A DNA stretch of 64,000 bases from an uncultured bacterium (GCA_963827235.1 CAWHAE010000019.1:32001-96000), one strand, 5' to 3'; shown: positions 38,413 through 49,729, counted from the stretch's first letter. The notes: generated by a model from the sequence alone, not told the origin. Numbers and translations are program-made.

Positions 38413-41400
38413 ATGGTGCGGTCTTCTGAAGACACAAGATCTGCTCTTGACGAAATGAACGGCGTGGTGAACGAGGTGCTCGCTCCTGCCTCGCCCACGG
38501 GTGAAGAACTTGAGCGGCTGCTTCGGTACTGGACGGAGCGCCTCGCCGGGGCGCCGCCGCCCTTGGTGTTGCCTTCCGACCACATTCAACCGGATCAGCA
38601 GTCATATCGAGAGGAGAAGTACCACTTTCGCGTTCTATCAGACGTGCATGCAGGTCTACGCGCGCTTGCCCAGGACGCAGGGACAACACTCTTCACGACC
38701 CTGCTGGCAGCCTTCGACGTTCTGTTGGCTCGCTACAGCGGCCAGACTGACGTGTGTGTCGGCACGTGGGTGGCGGTGCCAACCCGCGACACGGTGACGC
38801 AAGCTGTTGACGAAGTCGACACGTTGGTGCTGCGCACCGACGTGGGCGGTAACCCCAGCTTTCGCGCCCTGCTGGCCCAGGTCCGGGAGCGCACGCTGGC
38901 GGATTTGGAGCACAAGGATCTGCCGTTCGATCAGCTGGTTGAGACTCTGCATTCCGTGCGGAGCCCGGCTAACGGTTCCCTCGTACCGGTGATGTTCGTT
39001 CTGGAGTGCACACCGCTGCGCAGCAATCCGCCGGTGAGCTCTGACCGCGGAGGCTTCACGTTCGACCTCATGCTGCGGCTGACCGAGACGCCAGAAGGCC
39101 TCGAGGGTGTGGTAGAGTATGACGCCGGTCTGTTCGAAGCGGCGACGAGTCAGCGGTTGGCCGGGCACTATCTGACCTTGTTGGCGGGAATCGTCAGCGA
39201 CTCCCGGCAACGCATCCACGAGCTGCCAATGCTCACCGCAGAGGAGCGACGGCAACTACTCGTCGAATGGAATGACGCCGAGTTCCCAGTGCCTGCCATA
39301 AGGTGCATGCACCAGCTTTTCGAGCAGCAGACGGCACGAACGCCGGACGCTGTGGCGCTCATCTTTGAGGACGTGCAGTTAACCTATCGCCAGCTGGACC
39401 GCCGCGCAAATCAGCTTGCACGCTACCTTCAGGGATTGGGCGCGGCACCGGACGTGCTGATTGGACTGCACGTCGAGCGCTCGGTGGAGATGATTGTCGC
39501 CATCCTCGGCGTGCTCAAGGCCGGGGCGGCGTGCGTGCCCCTGGATCCCACATACCCTGCCGAACGGCTTGCCAGCATAATCGAAGACACGGCGATGCCA
39601 CTCCTGCTGACTCAGCAGCACCTTATGTCGTGGCCGTCCGCTCACTCCTCCCGAATAGTCTATCTCGACGGCCACGTAGACGAAATTGCAGCCCAGGGCT
39701 CAGAGTCAGTGCAGAGCGACGTCAAGCCCGAGAATCTGGCATTTGTCTTCTACACGTCAGGCTCAACGGGTCAGCCAAAAGGCGTGATGTGGCCGCACGA
39801 CGCTGCATGTCACGGAGTCTGGGGGCAGTACGGCTGTCTGAGCCTGGGGCATGGCACGCGAGTGCTGCAAGTGGCTCCACTGAGCTTCTCCGTATGCGTC
39901 TGGGAGATCTTCACCGCGCTGTGGTCGGGTGCAACCCTGGTCGTCGCTCGTCGCGACGACATCCAGCCGGGCCTTCCCCTCGTGCGGCTCTTGCAGCGGC
40001 AGGAGATCTCGATGGCACTGCTCGTCCCGTCGACACTCGCGGTCTTGCCGAACGCCACCCTGCCTGCGCTTGAGACGCTCGTGGTAGGCGGTGAGGCGTG
40101 CCCGCTGGAGCTGATGCGGCGCTGGGCACCCGGCCGGCGCCTCGCCAATGTGTACGGCTCAACGGAAATCTGCACGGGCGGCGTATGGTGGCAAGCGCCG
40201 TCCAATGCACGTGAATCACTGCTCGGCCGGCCGATGCCAAACAGACGCGTCTACGTCCTGGACGCCTACATGCAACCCGTCCCGGTAGGGCTCGTGGGAG
40301 AGATGTACTTCGGGGGCTTGGGTCTGGCACGCGGCTATCTCAATCGGCCGGAGCTCACAGTGGAACGATTCATGCCGGATCCCTTCAGCGACAGGCCAGG
40401 GGCTCGCCTCTACAGGACGGGCGATCTGGTGCGCTATCGTGCCGACGGCAACCTGGTGTACGTCGGCCGGGCGGATCAGCAGATCAAGATTCGTGGTCAA
40501 CGCGTGGAGCTGGACGAGATCCGCTCAGTCCTGCTTACGCATCCCATGGTTGAGGACTGCGCTGTTATCAAACATGAGCCAGCAGTTGGTTCTCCGAGGC
40601 TAGTTGCGTACTTCGCCGCTCGACAGGAGCAGCGACCGACAAGCAAAGATCTGCGCGAGTATCTGCTCCAGAAACTGCCAAGCTTCATGGTACCCGCACA
40701 GTATGTATTGGTTGCCGCGCTTCCACTGACCCCCAACGGGAAGCTGGATCTTCTCGCATTGCCGCCGCCAGGTGCGATCGAGCAGGGACGTGAGGACGAG
40801 TTCGTTCCTCCTTCGATCGCGATCGAATACCAGATTGCCAAGATATGGGAAGAGCTACTCGACATACGGCCGATCGGGATCACCGACGATTTCTTCGCTC
40901 TGGGCGGGCATTCTCTGCTTGCCGTTCGAATGATAGACCGAGTCGAACAGATCTGCGGTAAGCGCCTACCGTTGGCTTCCTTGTTTGGGACGCCCACAAT
41001 CGCGCATCTGCGGGACTTGCTGCTGCAGGAGGCCATAGGAACCGGCGGCCGAGTACCGCTGATCGAAGTGCAGCGGGGTGGTGATCAGTGCCCCTTGTTC
41101 TTCTTGCATGGCGATTTCACCGGCGGCGGATTCTACTGTCGTGAGCTGGCCCGCCGACTTGGGCCGGATCGACCATTCTACGCACTGCAGCCGCATGGCA
41201 TGGACGGCGGAGCGCTTCCGGAGAGCATCGAAGCCATGGCATGCTCCTTCGTCGAGCCGCTCCTTGCTCTGCGGCCCAGCGGTCCCATTCTCCTCGCGGG
41301 CTATTGTGCAGCAGGTTTCGTCGCTGTCGAGCTGGCGCGGCTGCTGCAAGCGCGCGGACGTCACGTCGAACTCGTGGTCATGGTGAGCCCACCACTGCTG

Positions 41401-41940
41401 CTGAAGCGAAGAATTCTCATTCTGAGCACGCTTCTCTCGCGAGCCGGAAAGATGCTCGGCTGGTCGTCCGATCATCAGACCGCAAAGTACTTGCGATCTT
41501 GGCGGTACTACACGCGGGTGAGGGCTGCCATGAGCGGCACCTTGCAGCCATGGAACGATCGGGCTCGACAGCTTCTCGGCTGTAAGGTCAGCTCGGTAGA
41601 GTCCGCCGGTCGCGGATCTGCGCAGGCGCGAAAGGCGCCTCAGCCCGTAGGCGCGCCGCCCGTGAATGCCAATAGCGATATGGGAGCCAGGTACACCTGG
41701 GTGATATCTCGATACAGGCCGCGGGCTTATGCAGGTCGGGTGGTAGTCTTTCAGACGTCGGAGGTCTTGGCGAGGGAGGCGCGCTATGCCCGGCGCCAGG
41801 CCCGGCGGTTGCGAGAGCTTGTGCGGCACCCCGAGGTCCGCGTCATTCCCGGCGATCACGTCACGTCGATAACGAGGTACAACGCGGTTCTTGCCGACGC
41901 GATTCGTGCTTGCCTCGAAATGGGACGTGGGGCGCGGTAG
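38413..41940 (+). CDS. Monomodular NRPS: partial C - A - PCP - TE
   Basis: C-terminal C lobe only (YWTERL...LPFDQLV); A motifs LTYRQL, YTSGSTGQPKG, LYRTGD, GRADQQIKIRGQRVE, NGKLD; PCP LGGHSL; TE GYCAAG and PGDH. Start uncertain (38266, 38413 or 38455). Confidence 0.92.
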   Translation: MVRSSEDTRSALDEMNGVVNEVLAPASPTGEELERLLRYWTERLAGAPPPLVLPSDHIQPDQQSYREEKYHFRVLSDVHAGLRALAQDAGTTLFTTLLAAFDVLLARYSGQTDVCVGTWVAVPTRDTVTQAVDEVDTLVLRTDVGGNPSFRALLAQVRERTLADLEHKDLPFDQLVETLHSVRSPANGSLVPVMFVLECTPLRSNPPVSSDRGGFTFDLMLRLTETPEGLEGVVEYDAGLFEAATSQRLAGHYLTLLAGIVSDSRQRIHELPMLTAEERRQLLVEWNDAEFPVPAIRCMHQLFEQQTARTPDAVALIFEDVQLTYRQLDRRANQLARYLQGLGAAPDVLIGLHVERSVEMIVAILGVLKAGAACVPLDPTYPAERLASIIEDTAMPLLLTQQHLMSWPSAHSSRIVYLDGHVDEIAAQGSESVQSDVKPENLAFVFYTSGSTGQPKGVMWPHDAACHGVWGQYGCLSLGHGTRVLQVAPLSFSVCVWEIFTALWSGATLVVARRDDIQPGLPLVRLLQRQEISMALLVPSTLAVLPNATLPALETLVVGGEACPLELMRRWAPGRRLANVYGSTEICTGGVWWQAPSNARESLLGRPMPNRRVYVLDAYMQPVPVGLVGEMYFGGLGLARGYLNRPELTVERFMPDPFSDRPGARLYRTGDLVRYRADGNLVYVGRADQQIKIRGQRVELDEIRSVLLTHPMVEDCAVIKHEPAVGSPRLVAYFAARQEQRPTSKDLREYLLQKLPSFMVPAQYVLVAALPLTPNGKLDLLALPPPGAIEQGREDEFVPPSIAIEYQIAKIWEELLDIRPIGITDDFFALGGHSLLAVRMIDRVEQICGKRLPLASLFGTPTIAHLRDLLLQEAIGTGGRVPLIEVQRGGDQCPLFFLHGDFTGGGFYCRELARRLGPDRPFYALQPHGMDGGALPESIEAMACSFVEPLLALRPSGPILLAGYCAAGFVAVELARLLQARGRHVELVVMVSPPLLLKRRILILSTLLSRAGKMLGWSSDHQTAKYLRSWRYYTRVRAAMSGTLQPWNDRARQLLGCKVSSVESAGRGSAQARKAPQPVGAPPVNANSDMGARYTWVISRYRPRAYAGRVVVFQTSEVLAREARYARRQARRLRELVRHPEVRVIPGDHVTSITRYNAVLADAIRACLEMGRGAR

Positions 41941-42301
41941 CGACAAGGACCTCGCTTCAAATAGGTGCCGATCACTGCCGGGCTAGGTCTCCCGGTGCAG
42001 CGCTGATGTAGCGGTACGGTGCTGGAAACGCTCCAGGCTTGGATACCGCTATCGCCGGGCCGAGCGCGGCTTGGTACGGGAGCCCTGCCGGCGAAGAATC
42101 GACCGGTTCCGTGGGCACATTGACGCATCTGGCCGGTGATGTTGTACTCTGTTCTCGGCAACCACGCTGGGCCAGGCTCTGCTTCGTGCCGGCGAGGCAG
42201 CTCAACGTAGCAGGCCGGTACCCCGCGGAGCCGGCGAAGTACAGTACTTGGTGCCCGGGCGGCTACTGAGAATAGACGGCACCTGAAGGCGGGTCGACGA
42301 C

Positions 42302-43096
42302 ATGGAGCAGCCCTGCGCTACGGCTGCCGGACAACTGTGTCCGTGCGAAATGCGAAGAATCCCAGACGAACGTCACGTCGACCTGTGGGCGGTCTGCACG
42401 CGCGTGTCCGACGCGCGTGCCGTGCAGCTAGCCCAGCTGCTCAGCGACCACGAGAGAGCGCGGGCACACGCATTCATGCGGCGGGAGCATCGCATGCGCC
42501 ACGTCGTCGTCCACGGCACGCTTCGGCAGCTGCTCACCCTCTACACCTGCGTTCACCCGGCCAGACATGTCTTCGACTACGGACCGCAGGGTAAGCCGCT
42601 GTTGCGTGCGGACGGCAACGCAGCGATTCACTTCAGCCTTGCCTATTCCGGCGAGCTGGCGATTATCGCTGTCGCTGCCTTTGCGGTAGGAGTGGACGTG
42701 GAGGAATTGCGCCCGCTCGATGACGCGCTGGCGGTTGCGGCGTCCTTCTTCGCGGCAGACGAGTTTGAGGCGCTGGCCGCGTTGCCAAGCGTAGACCAGT
42801 TGAGGGCCTTCTATCGGTGCTGGACTCGGAAGGAGGCCTTCTTGAAGGCAACGGGCGATGGTCTGTCTCTTCCGCTCGCTTCCTTAGCGGTGGGTTCGGA
42901 GTCCGAAAGACAGGTCCACGTCCTTGCGCGGCGCGGTAACGACGAGTGGGAGTTGTACGACATTGATCCGGCGCCAGGCTACGTCGGCGCACTGGCAGTG
43001 CCGCGAGGCTGGCACGCTGTGACTCCGACGGTGCTCTCCGGCGACGAGCTCTTTGTGTGCGGGCGCCGCCCATGCCCTGGCAGCTGCAGGCCATAG
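42302..43096 (+). CDS. 4'-phosphopantetheinyl transferase (Sfp/HetI type)
   Basis: GPQGKP, FSLAYSG, VGVDVE, WTRKEAFLKATG.GL. Confidence 0.92.
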   Translation: MEQPCATAAGQLCPCEMRRIPDERHVDLWAVCTRVSDARAVQLAQLLSDHERARAHAFMRREHRMRHVVVHGTLRQLLTLYTCVHPARHVFDYGPQGKPLLRADGNAAIHFSLAYSGELAIIAVAAFAVGVDVEELRPLDDALAVAASFFAADEFEALAALPSVDQLRAFYRCWTRKEAFLKATGDGLSLPLASLAVGSESERQVHVLARRGNDEWELYDIDPAPGYVGALAVPRGWHAVTPTVLSGDELFVCGRRPCPGSCRP

Positions 43097-43226
43097 CGCA
43101 ACTCGCCGCTCTCCAGTACCCGCCGGTGGTAGGCCCGCAGGCTGACCGGTAGTGGCGGGAGGGCGTTTTCGCGGCGCTGCCGCACGAATGCACAACCGGC
43201 TGACCGCAGCGGAACCTTTCGCTGGG

Positions 43227-45722
43227 CTAACGTTGCAGCCCGCTCACTATGGCGGCATACTTCTCCGCCAGCGACTTGGCCGATCGCTGCGAGCGTCCTT
43301 CGGCGACGATGTGGAAGAGAGGGCGGTCCGCATCGGGGAGCACCAGGACCCACTCCTCGCCCATATCGACCCGAATGCCGTCGATGGCGGTCGACTTGCC
43401 GGCTCCGTAGTTCTCGTTGAGCATGCGCATCACCTTGCCCTTCTGATCCCAAGCGCAGGGCACGTCGGCGCCGTCCATGAAGTAAGACGGCAGGGCTCGC
43501 ACGGCCTTCGCCAGGGTTGAGCCGGTGCCGGCCAGCAACTCCAGCAAGGTGACCAGTCCCAACATGGCGTCGAAGGCAGGCTGGAAGCGCGGAATGCTGA
43601 AGCCGCCTTCTCCGTCACCGGCGAACTTGACGGTCTCGCGCTGCGTGAGCAACGCTTGCGGGTCAGCTTTGGTGCGCACGATCCGACTACCGTTGGCAGC
43701 GCCGATCTGTTCCAGCACGCTGGACGCGGTCACCGGCACCGCCACGGCGCTGCCTTCCTGTACCTGGAAGGCCAGTGCGGTCATCGCCGCCAGTGTCGCC
43801 ATGGGTGGGATGGAATGGCCCTGCTCGTCCGTCAGCAGCAGAGTTTCGCCGGCCGGATCGATCACGGCGCCCAGGTCCATGCCCAGGGCCGCGGTAATCG
43901 CGCCGACCCGCCGCAGGTTCTCCTGCAGACTTTCGCCCGCCGGCAAGCCCGGCAGGTTGTCCTGCACCGTGGTGTTGATGCCTACCACTTCACAGCCCAA
44001 CCGCTCGAGCAGACCGGGCAGGACGTCCGCCGCCGGACCGTGGCAGCAGTCCAACACCAGGCGGAAGTGCGCTTGCTGGAGCCGCGCCTGGTCCACCTGC
44101 TCCAGAAAGGCAGTGGCGTACCGCGCCCTGGCCTCGGACCCGTCGCCCATGGAGCCGATGTCCTCGGGCTTGGCGCGACGGAAGTCCTCGCGGAAGAAGA
44201 GCGCCTCGATCTTGCGCTCGGCATTCTTGCCCATGTCCTGCCCGCTTCGATCCAGCAGTCTCGCCTCCACCAGGCGGCCGTCCTGCGGGTTCAGCCGCAC
44301 ATGCACCCCGCCGCTCAGCTCCTTGCTGGTGCGCAGGTAATAGCGCACCACCGGCAGGGGCAGCGAGGAGCAGTCGACCACATTGATGCCCGCCGAAGGC
44401 AGGCCGGATATGATGGCCCGCTTGACCATGCGCGAGATGCGGTAGAGGTCGCGGTTGATGGCGACCGTGCTGCCCAGCGGCAGCGTGGCGCCGTAGGCTG
44501 CTCCCAGCTTGGCGGCGAACTCAGGCGTCATGTCCACGTTGATCAGCCCGGACACGGTGTGGCGACGGAAGAGCATGCGCTGTGCCTGCCGGCCCCAGAT
44601 GATGGAGCTGCGCACCGATGCCCCCGCTTCTATCTGCTTGTCAGGCCAGATCTTGACGTTGGCAAGGATGATCGCGCCCTCCTCCACCGTGCTTGCATCG
44701 CCAACAACCGCGCCCTCGAACAGCACCGTGTTGGTCTTCAGGCTGCAGTGCTCGCCCACGATGGCGCCGCGCATCTCGGCACGATCGCCGACGTAGCAGC
44801 TGTGTCCCAGAATGCTGCGCATCACGTGGGCGTGTGACGCCAGGATGGTATTGTCGCCGATCACCGCCGGCCCGTCGATGACGGCGCCCGCTCCGATCTG
44901 CACGTCGTGCCCAAGGTAGATGGGAGGGCTCAGGCGCGCGGTGGGTGCGATCTCCACGCCAGGGCCGCACCAGATCCCCGGCTGCTCGCCCGGCTTGGGC
45001 AGCTCCACCTGCACCTTGCCGTCCAGCGCGTCAAAGCACGCGCGCGCATACTCCTGGATCGTCCCCACATCGGTCCAGTAGCCGCTCTCCATCACGCAGC
45101 CGTAGATCGGCTGGCCGTCCGCGAGCAGGGCGGGAAACACGTCCTGGCCGAAGTCGAACGCCTGGCCGCTGGGGCAGCGCTGCAGCACCGAAGGCTCCAG
45201 CACGTAGATGCCGGTATTGATCGTGTCGCTGATCACCTCGCTCCAGGACGGCTTCTCCAGGAACTGGCGGATGTGCCCCGTGCTGTCCGTGACCACCACG
45301 CCGTATTCCAATGGGTCCGGCACCGATTTCAACGTGATGGTGGCGACTGCCTTCTTGGCCCGGTGGAAGTCGACGATCTTGGCCAGGTCGAAGTCGGTCA
45401 GCGCGTCTCCGCTGATTACCAGGAAGGTCTCGTCCAGCAGGTGCTCGGCCAGCTTGACCGAGCCGGCGGTGCCCAGCGGCACATCCTCGACGCTGTAGTG
45501 CAAGCGCATGCCCAGGGCGGAGCCATCTCCGAAGTAGTCCTGGATGATCTGTGCCAGGTACTGCACGGTGAGCACGACTTCGGTAATCCCGTGTCGCTTG
45601 AGCAGCAGCAGGATGTGCTCCATCACCGGACGGTTGACGATCGGCACCATGGGCTTGGGTCGACGCACCGTGAGCGGGCGCAGCCGTGAGCCTTCCCCAC
45701 CAGCCATTACCACCGCTTTCAT
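43227..45722 (-). CDS. Mannose-1-phosphate guanylyltransferase / phosphomannomutase-like bifunctional protein
   Basis: [27 protein letters not shown], hexapeptide repeats and a PMM-fold C-half lacking the SHNP serine loop; GGAGG RBS. Confidence 0.92.
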   Translation of the reverse strand: MKAVVMAGGEGSRLRPLTVRRPKPMVPIVNRPVMEHILLLLKRHGITEVVLTVQYLAQIIQDYFGDGSALGMRLHYSVEDVPLGTAGSVKLAEHLLDETFLVISGDALTDFDLAKIVDFHRAKKAVATITLKSVPDPLEYGVVVTDSTGHIRQFLEKPSWSEVISDTINTGIYVLEPSVLQRCPSGQAFDFGQDVFPALLADGQPIYGCVMESGYWTDVGTIQEYARACFDALDGKVQVELPKPGEQPGIWCGPGVEIAPTARLSPPIYLGHDVQIGAGAVIDGPAVIGDNTILASHAHVMRSILGHSCYVGDRAEMRGAIVGEHCSLKTNTVLFEGAVVGDASTVEEGAIILANVKIWPDKQIEAGASVRSSIIWGRQAQRMLFRRHTVSGLINVDMTPEFAAKLGAAYGATLPLGSTVAINRDLYRISRMVKRAIISGLPSAGINVVDCSSLPLPVVRYYLRTSKELSGGVHVRLNPQDGRLVEARLLDRSGQDMGKNAERKIEALFFREDFRRAKPEDIGSMGDGSEARARYATAFLEQVDQARLQQAHFRLVLDCCHGPAADVLPGLLERLGCEVVGINTTVQDNLPGLPAGESLQENLRRVGAITAALGMDLGAVIDPAGETLLLTDEQGHSIPPMATLAAMTALAFQVQEGSAVAVPVTASSVLEQIGAANGSRIVRTKADPQALLTQRETVKFAGDGEGGFSIPRFQPAFDAMLGLVTLLELLAGTGSTLAKAVRALPSYFMDGADVPCAWDQKGKVMRMLNENYGAGKSTAIDGIRVDMGEEWVLVLPDADRPLFHIVAEGRSQRSAKSLAEKYAAIVSGLQR

Positions 45723-45914
45723 CTCGCTGCTCCCTCCTATTGCCACTCGGCATCTGATTCGCCGTCACCGCTGCGCCGCTGTCATGTCAAGCGCACCTGA
45801 GCGCCGCTTATTGCCGTCTCGTCCTCGTCCATCCGGCTCACACGCCGATGAGAGGGCGTCCCCACACACTCGGGCAGGCGTGCCATCCTGCCATCGCCGG
45901 CTAAGGGCCGCGCA

Positions 45915-47870
45915 TCACGCCTCCGGCCGGTCGGGCGGGAGCGCCATCCAATACATGCCATAGGGTGCCACTGCAATTGTGCCGTTGGCAGCCACTGACG
46001 CGCCATCGATCAGGTCGACGAAATTCGCCGTCTGCAGGTGCCGGCTGATCGCACTGGCATCGATTTCCTGCCGGTGTTCCGAGAAGTTGGCGAGTACGGC
46101 CACGCGATCCGCCCGGCAGCGCCGCACATAGATCAGCACGCTCCGGTTGCCGCTGGAGACGACTTCCATGGTGCCGCCGGCCAGGGCCGGCTGTTGCTTG
46201 CGCAGATGAATGAGATGCGTGAGGCCCTTGAAGATGCGCCCTTCGATGCTGCTCTCGTCTGCCCTGCGCTCGGCGATTCGCCAGTCGAATGCCGGCCGGT
46301 GCACCCAGCGGCTGTCCTCGCACTTTGCCGGGTCGCTCCTGAAGCCGTAATCGTTCCGGATGCCGATCTCGTCCCCCAGGTACAGCAGCGGGATGCCGCC
46401 GATAGACAGCGTGATGCCGTAGAGCAGGAAGATGCGGCGCATGGCAAGGTCGATCAGCAGCGGATCCTGGTGCTCGATCGCCTGCTCCAGTCCTGCCAGG
46501 GAGGCGCAGGTACCGGAAATGCGCGCATCGCCGGTCCGCGGGTTTTCCTGAAAGGGCAGGCCGGCGGCGAAGCTGCCGGAGAAGCGGCCCGTGTAGAACT
46601 CATTGAGGAAGCGACGGTGTCCGGTGCTGTCGATTCCCAGCCGCCACGCGTCCGAGTCGGCGAAGGTCCAGCCGATGTCGTCGTGCGACCGCACGTAGTT
46701 GACCCATGTACAACCGGGATCGGTCGCGAAGCGTTCCTGCAACGAGAGCTGCAGCAGCCGCACTTCCCGGGTAGCCAGCGACTCCCACATCAAGGCCATT
46801 ACCAGAGGGTTGTAGGAAAGCTGGCACTCACGCGGGTTGATATAGCGCGCCACTTCGTCCGGATGGACGATAGCTTCCGACTTGAACAGGAGCGACGGTG
46901 CGGCAATACGTGCCAACGAATTGAATGCCCGCACGAGCGTGTGGACCTGCGGTAGGCTCTCACAGGGTGTACCCATTTGCTTCCAGGCAAAGGCCACCGC
47001 ATCCAGGCGCAGGATCTCGGCGCCGTGATTGGCCAGGAACAGCATCTCCTCGCCCATGCGCCGGAAGACGGCGGGATTGGCGTAGTTCAGATCCCACTGG
47101 AAGCTGTGAAACGTGGTCCACACCCACTTGCCTATCTCGGGGCGATAGGTGAAGCTGCCTGCGCGCTGGTCCGGAAAGATGTCCCGCAAGCTGTGCTGGT
47201 AGGCGTCCGGGAGCGTCCGATCCGAGAACACATAGTAGTAGTCCTGGTAGTCCTCATCGCCCTGCAACGCCTTGAGCGCCCAGTCGTGCTCGTCAGAGGT
47301 GTGATTGAAGATGAAGTCGAGGACCAGGCTGATGCCGTTGGCCCGCAGCACGGCGGCCAGGCTCTCCAGGTCGGCCATGGTGCCGAGCTTTGCACTGACT
47401 TCGCGGTAGCTGCTGACTGCATAACCGCCATCGCTGTTGCCATCGGGCGACCGGAACAGGGGCATCAGGTGCAGGTAGGTCACGCCAAGCTCCCGCAAGT
47501 AGCCGACCTTGCTCGCCAGCGCGCACAGGTTTCCCGCGAACAGGTCGACGTAACATACGGCGCCCATCATCTCCTGGGACTGGAACCAGGCGGGGTCGCT
47601 CTCGCGCGCCGCGTCCAGGGCCTGCAGCTCCGGCGGCCGCGAGATCCAGGACCGCGCCGCGGAGGCGAGAATCTCTTCGAGGTGGTAGAAGAAGTCGTAG
47701 TGGTCTCCGTAGAGCTCCAGCAGGGACTGGAAGAGCGGCGAGAAATGCCGTTCCAGTCGCTCGACGAAGGCTCGCCAGGCTGCGGTGCCCGCGGTGTGCT
47801 CAAAGCGCGCTGCCAGGCGCGGCAGGAGACGGCCCAGCGAGCGAGCGGCCTGCTTGTCCACATCCGACAT
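45915..47870 (-). CDS. Amylosucrase-like GH13 enzyme
   Basis: DGGYAV, DFIFNHTS, RLDAVAF, KSEAIV, RSHDDIGW, ARISGT.ASL.GLE, DSRWVHRP. Confidence 0.92.
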   Translation of the reverse strand: MSDVDKQAARSLGRLLPRLAARFEHTAGTAAWRAFVERLERHFSPLFQSLLELYGDHYDFFYHLEEILASAARSWISRPPELQALDAARESDPAWFQSQEMMGAVCYVDLFAGNLCALASKVGYLRELGVTYLHLMPLFRSPDGNSDGGYAVSSYREVSAKLGTMADLESLAAVLRANGISLVLDFIFNHTSDEHDWALKALQGDEDYQDYYYVFSDRTLPDAYQHSLRDIFPDQRAGSFTYRPEIGKWVWTTFHSFQWDLNYANPAVFRRMGEEMLFLANHGAEILRLDAVAFAWKQMGTPCESLPQVHTLVRAFNSLARIAAPSLLFKSEAIVHPDEVARYINPRECQLSYNPLVMALMWESLATREVRLLQLSLQERFATDPGCTWVNYVRSHDDIGWTFADSDAWRLGIDSTGHRRFLNEFYTGRFSGSFAAGLPFQENPRTGDARISGTCASLAGLEQAIEHQDPLLIDLAMRRIFLLYGITLSIGGIPLLYLGDEIGIRNDYGFRSDPAKCEDSRWVHRPAFDWRIAERRADESSIEGRIFKGLTHLIHLRKQQPALAGGTMEVVSSGNRSVLIYVRRCRADRVAVLANFSEHRQEIDASAISRHLQTANFVDLIDGASVAANGTIAVAPYGMYWMALPPDRPEA

Positions 47871-48540
47871 CACCTGTCTATCTCCACTTCCCCATCGCAT
47901 TCGCTAAACGTTCGCTGCTCCTGGCTACACCCGTCTGGTCGCCGACGATGTCGAGCAGCGCGAACATGCCGGCGTGAAATCGGAAAGACAGCGGCAGGAA
48001 ACCGGAGCCCATATCCGGCGAGCCGGGCCTGCATCTCACAGACTGGAAACAGCCGCGTAGAGCTGCATGGTATTGAGAATCGCGCTCGAGGCCCCGTGCT
48101 GTCGCTCACCCAGGTCCGGCCGGCTGGTCGAAGGACGCCCAAGGGCGCGCGCTCCAGCCTCTCGAGCTCGGCTGCCATGCCGGGTGCGAGTGGCGCCTTC
48201 ACGGCGGTTCCCACACCCGGCCCGGGCCGGGAACAGACCGTAGCCACACCTGGCGGGACCGGCGCAGGGCTTCGGTCCGGTCGGGCTCGCCCGCATGGCG
48301 GATCAGGGCCCACTTCGTGTCGGTGGTGCCGCATCTCGCGAGCAGCCGATACAGCACGGCGAATACGTTTCCGTACGTCGATTCGAGCCAAGTTGAGCAC
48401 AGGCAAGCACGGCCTCATGCCAAGCCGGGAGGCAGCATCGCTGAGGGCGATTTCCAGGCACGATCCGACGTCATTGCCGCGCGCGCGGCTGATTCCGAGA
48501 CAGGTGTCACGGACGCGGTCCTGAAGCGCCCGGTAAGCGA

Positions 48541-49584
48541 TCATGGCGTGGATGGCGACGGCGATCGCCCGGCAACATGCGGCACGGACGTGCTCTGGCG
48601 GGAGAACAGGGTGACCGGCATAAGGTGGTGTTGCCGGGAGGGCTGCTCGCCTGCAATCAAGGCGAGGAGAAGATCGACCGCGCGCCGGCAGGACTCTTCT
48701 ACCGAGCAGCACACGGCAGTGATAGACGGTCGGGCAAGCTGCGTCAGCACGCTATCCCCCAGAGTGATTACGGCTACATCGTCCGGCACGCGAAGACCCA
48801 TCTTGGCAAACACCTGCACGGCGAGGATCGCCTCGATGTCGGCCGTGGTGATCAGGGCGGTGGGCTGATCGTGTTCATCGGTGAACGGCCGGAGCGCGCC
48901 CTGCAGACCGGATGCAGGGTCGAGGTGAAGCAGCTGCTTGCGGCTGAGCGGAATATCGGCGCCTCGGTGAGCGCGCCTGAAGCCAGTAAGCACGTGTTGT
49001 TGGTAGCCGAATACCGGCCGGTCGCCCAACAGGGCGATACGCCGGTGCCCGAGATCGAGAAGATGCTGGACCGCGATCTCGGCGGCGTGGCTGAGGTCCG
49101 CGTCAACCCACGCCATGCTCCGGGCGTCAGCCGACCGTCCTATGGCCACGAATGGAAGGCCGGCCTCCTGCAAGCCGCTCAGGCGGGGATCGTCGACGCG
49201 AATCTGCAGAAGAATCATGCCGTCCACGTGGCCCGAACGGGCAAGCTGCACCAGCTCGGAAGCCTCCGGGGTGCGCGAGATCAGGCACAGCAGCTTGTAC
49301 TCGTGATCGTTCAGTCGATCGGCTATGCACTCGATGTAGGCTGAGAAGGGCCCATGAGACAGCGTTCGTCCCGGCGTGTCCAGCGTGATGGCCAGCCCGA
49401 CCGTATTCGTGCGCCGCAAACGGAGGTTGCTGGCCGTGACGTTTGGGCGGTAGCCGAGCTCCTCAACCGCGGTGAGGATACGCTCACGAGTCGCCGCGTT
49501 TACCGCCCGGTTACCGCTAAAGGCGTTGGACACGGTAGAGGGTGCCACACCGGCGCGCCGGGCCACGTCAGCGATAGTCACCAT
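48541..49584 (-). CDS. LacI-family transcriptional regulator
   Basis: TIADVARRAGVAPSTVS, ELGYRPN, periplasmic-binding-protein-like core, VPDDVAV. Confidence 0.93.
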   Translation of the reverse strand: MVTIADVARRAGVAPSTVSNAFSGNRAVNAATRERILTAVEELGYRPNVTASNLRLRRTNTVGLAITLDTPGRTLSHGPFSAYIECIADRLNDHEYKLLCLISRTPEASELVQLARSGHVDGMILLQIRVDDPRLSGLQEAGLPFVAIGRSADARSMAWVDADLSHAAEIAVQHLLDLGHRRIALLGDRPVFGYQQHVLTGFRRAHRGADIPLSRKQLLHLDPASGLQGALRPFTDEHDQPTALITTADIEAILAVQVFAKMGLRVPDDVAVITLGDSVLTQLARPSITAVCCSVEESCRRAVDLLLALIAGEQPSRQHHLMPVTLFSRQSTSVPHVAGRSPSPSTP

Positions 49585-49593
49585 CAGGCCCCC

Positions 49594-49639
49594 TAAAATC
49601 GATTTCCACCACACTATCACGAATCGATTTCCATTGCAA
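49594..49639 (-). promoter_or_regulatory. LacI-gene promoter (TTGCAA-N17-TAGTGT, extended -10) with two TGGAAATCGATT operators
   Basis: Two copies of a CG-centred palindrome (AATCGATT core): one in the spacer, one downstream of -10. Confidence 0.8.
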
Positions 49640-49729
49640 GGGCTGTTCAGCGCATCGCGCATCGTGCAGCCGTCGGCAGAGGTACAGCGCGCCGCGCCAT
49701 CGAGGATGTCGCACAGGGTGCCACCATGC

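Noticed and set aside
43227-44600. PMM domain without catalytic serine loop as a novelty
   Set aside because: To my knowledge this is typical of this GMPP-PMM fusion family.
47900-48540. ORF 47870-48712 between LacI and amylosucrase
   Set aside because: Arg/Pro/Ala-rich, overlaps both neighbours, no domain signal.
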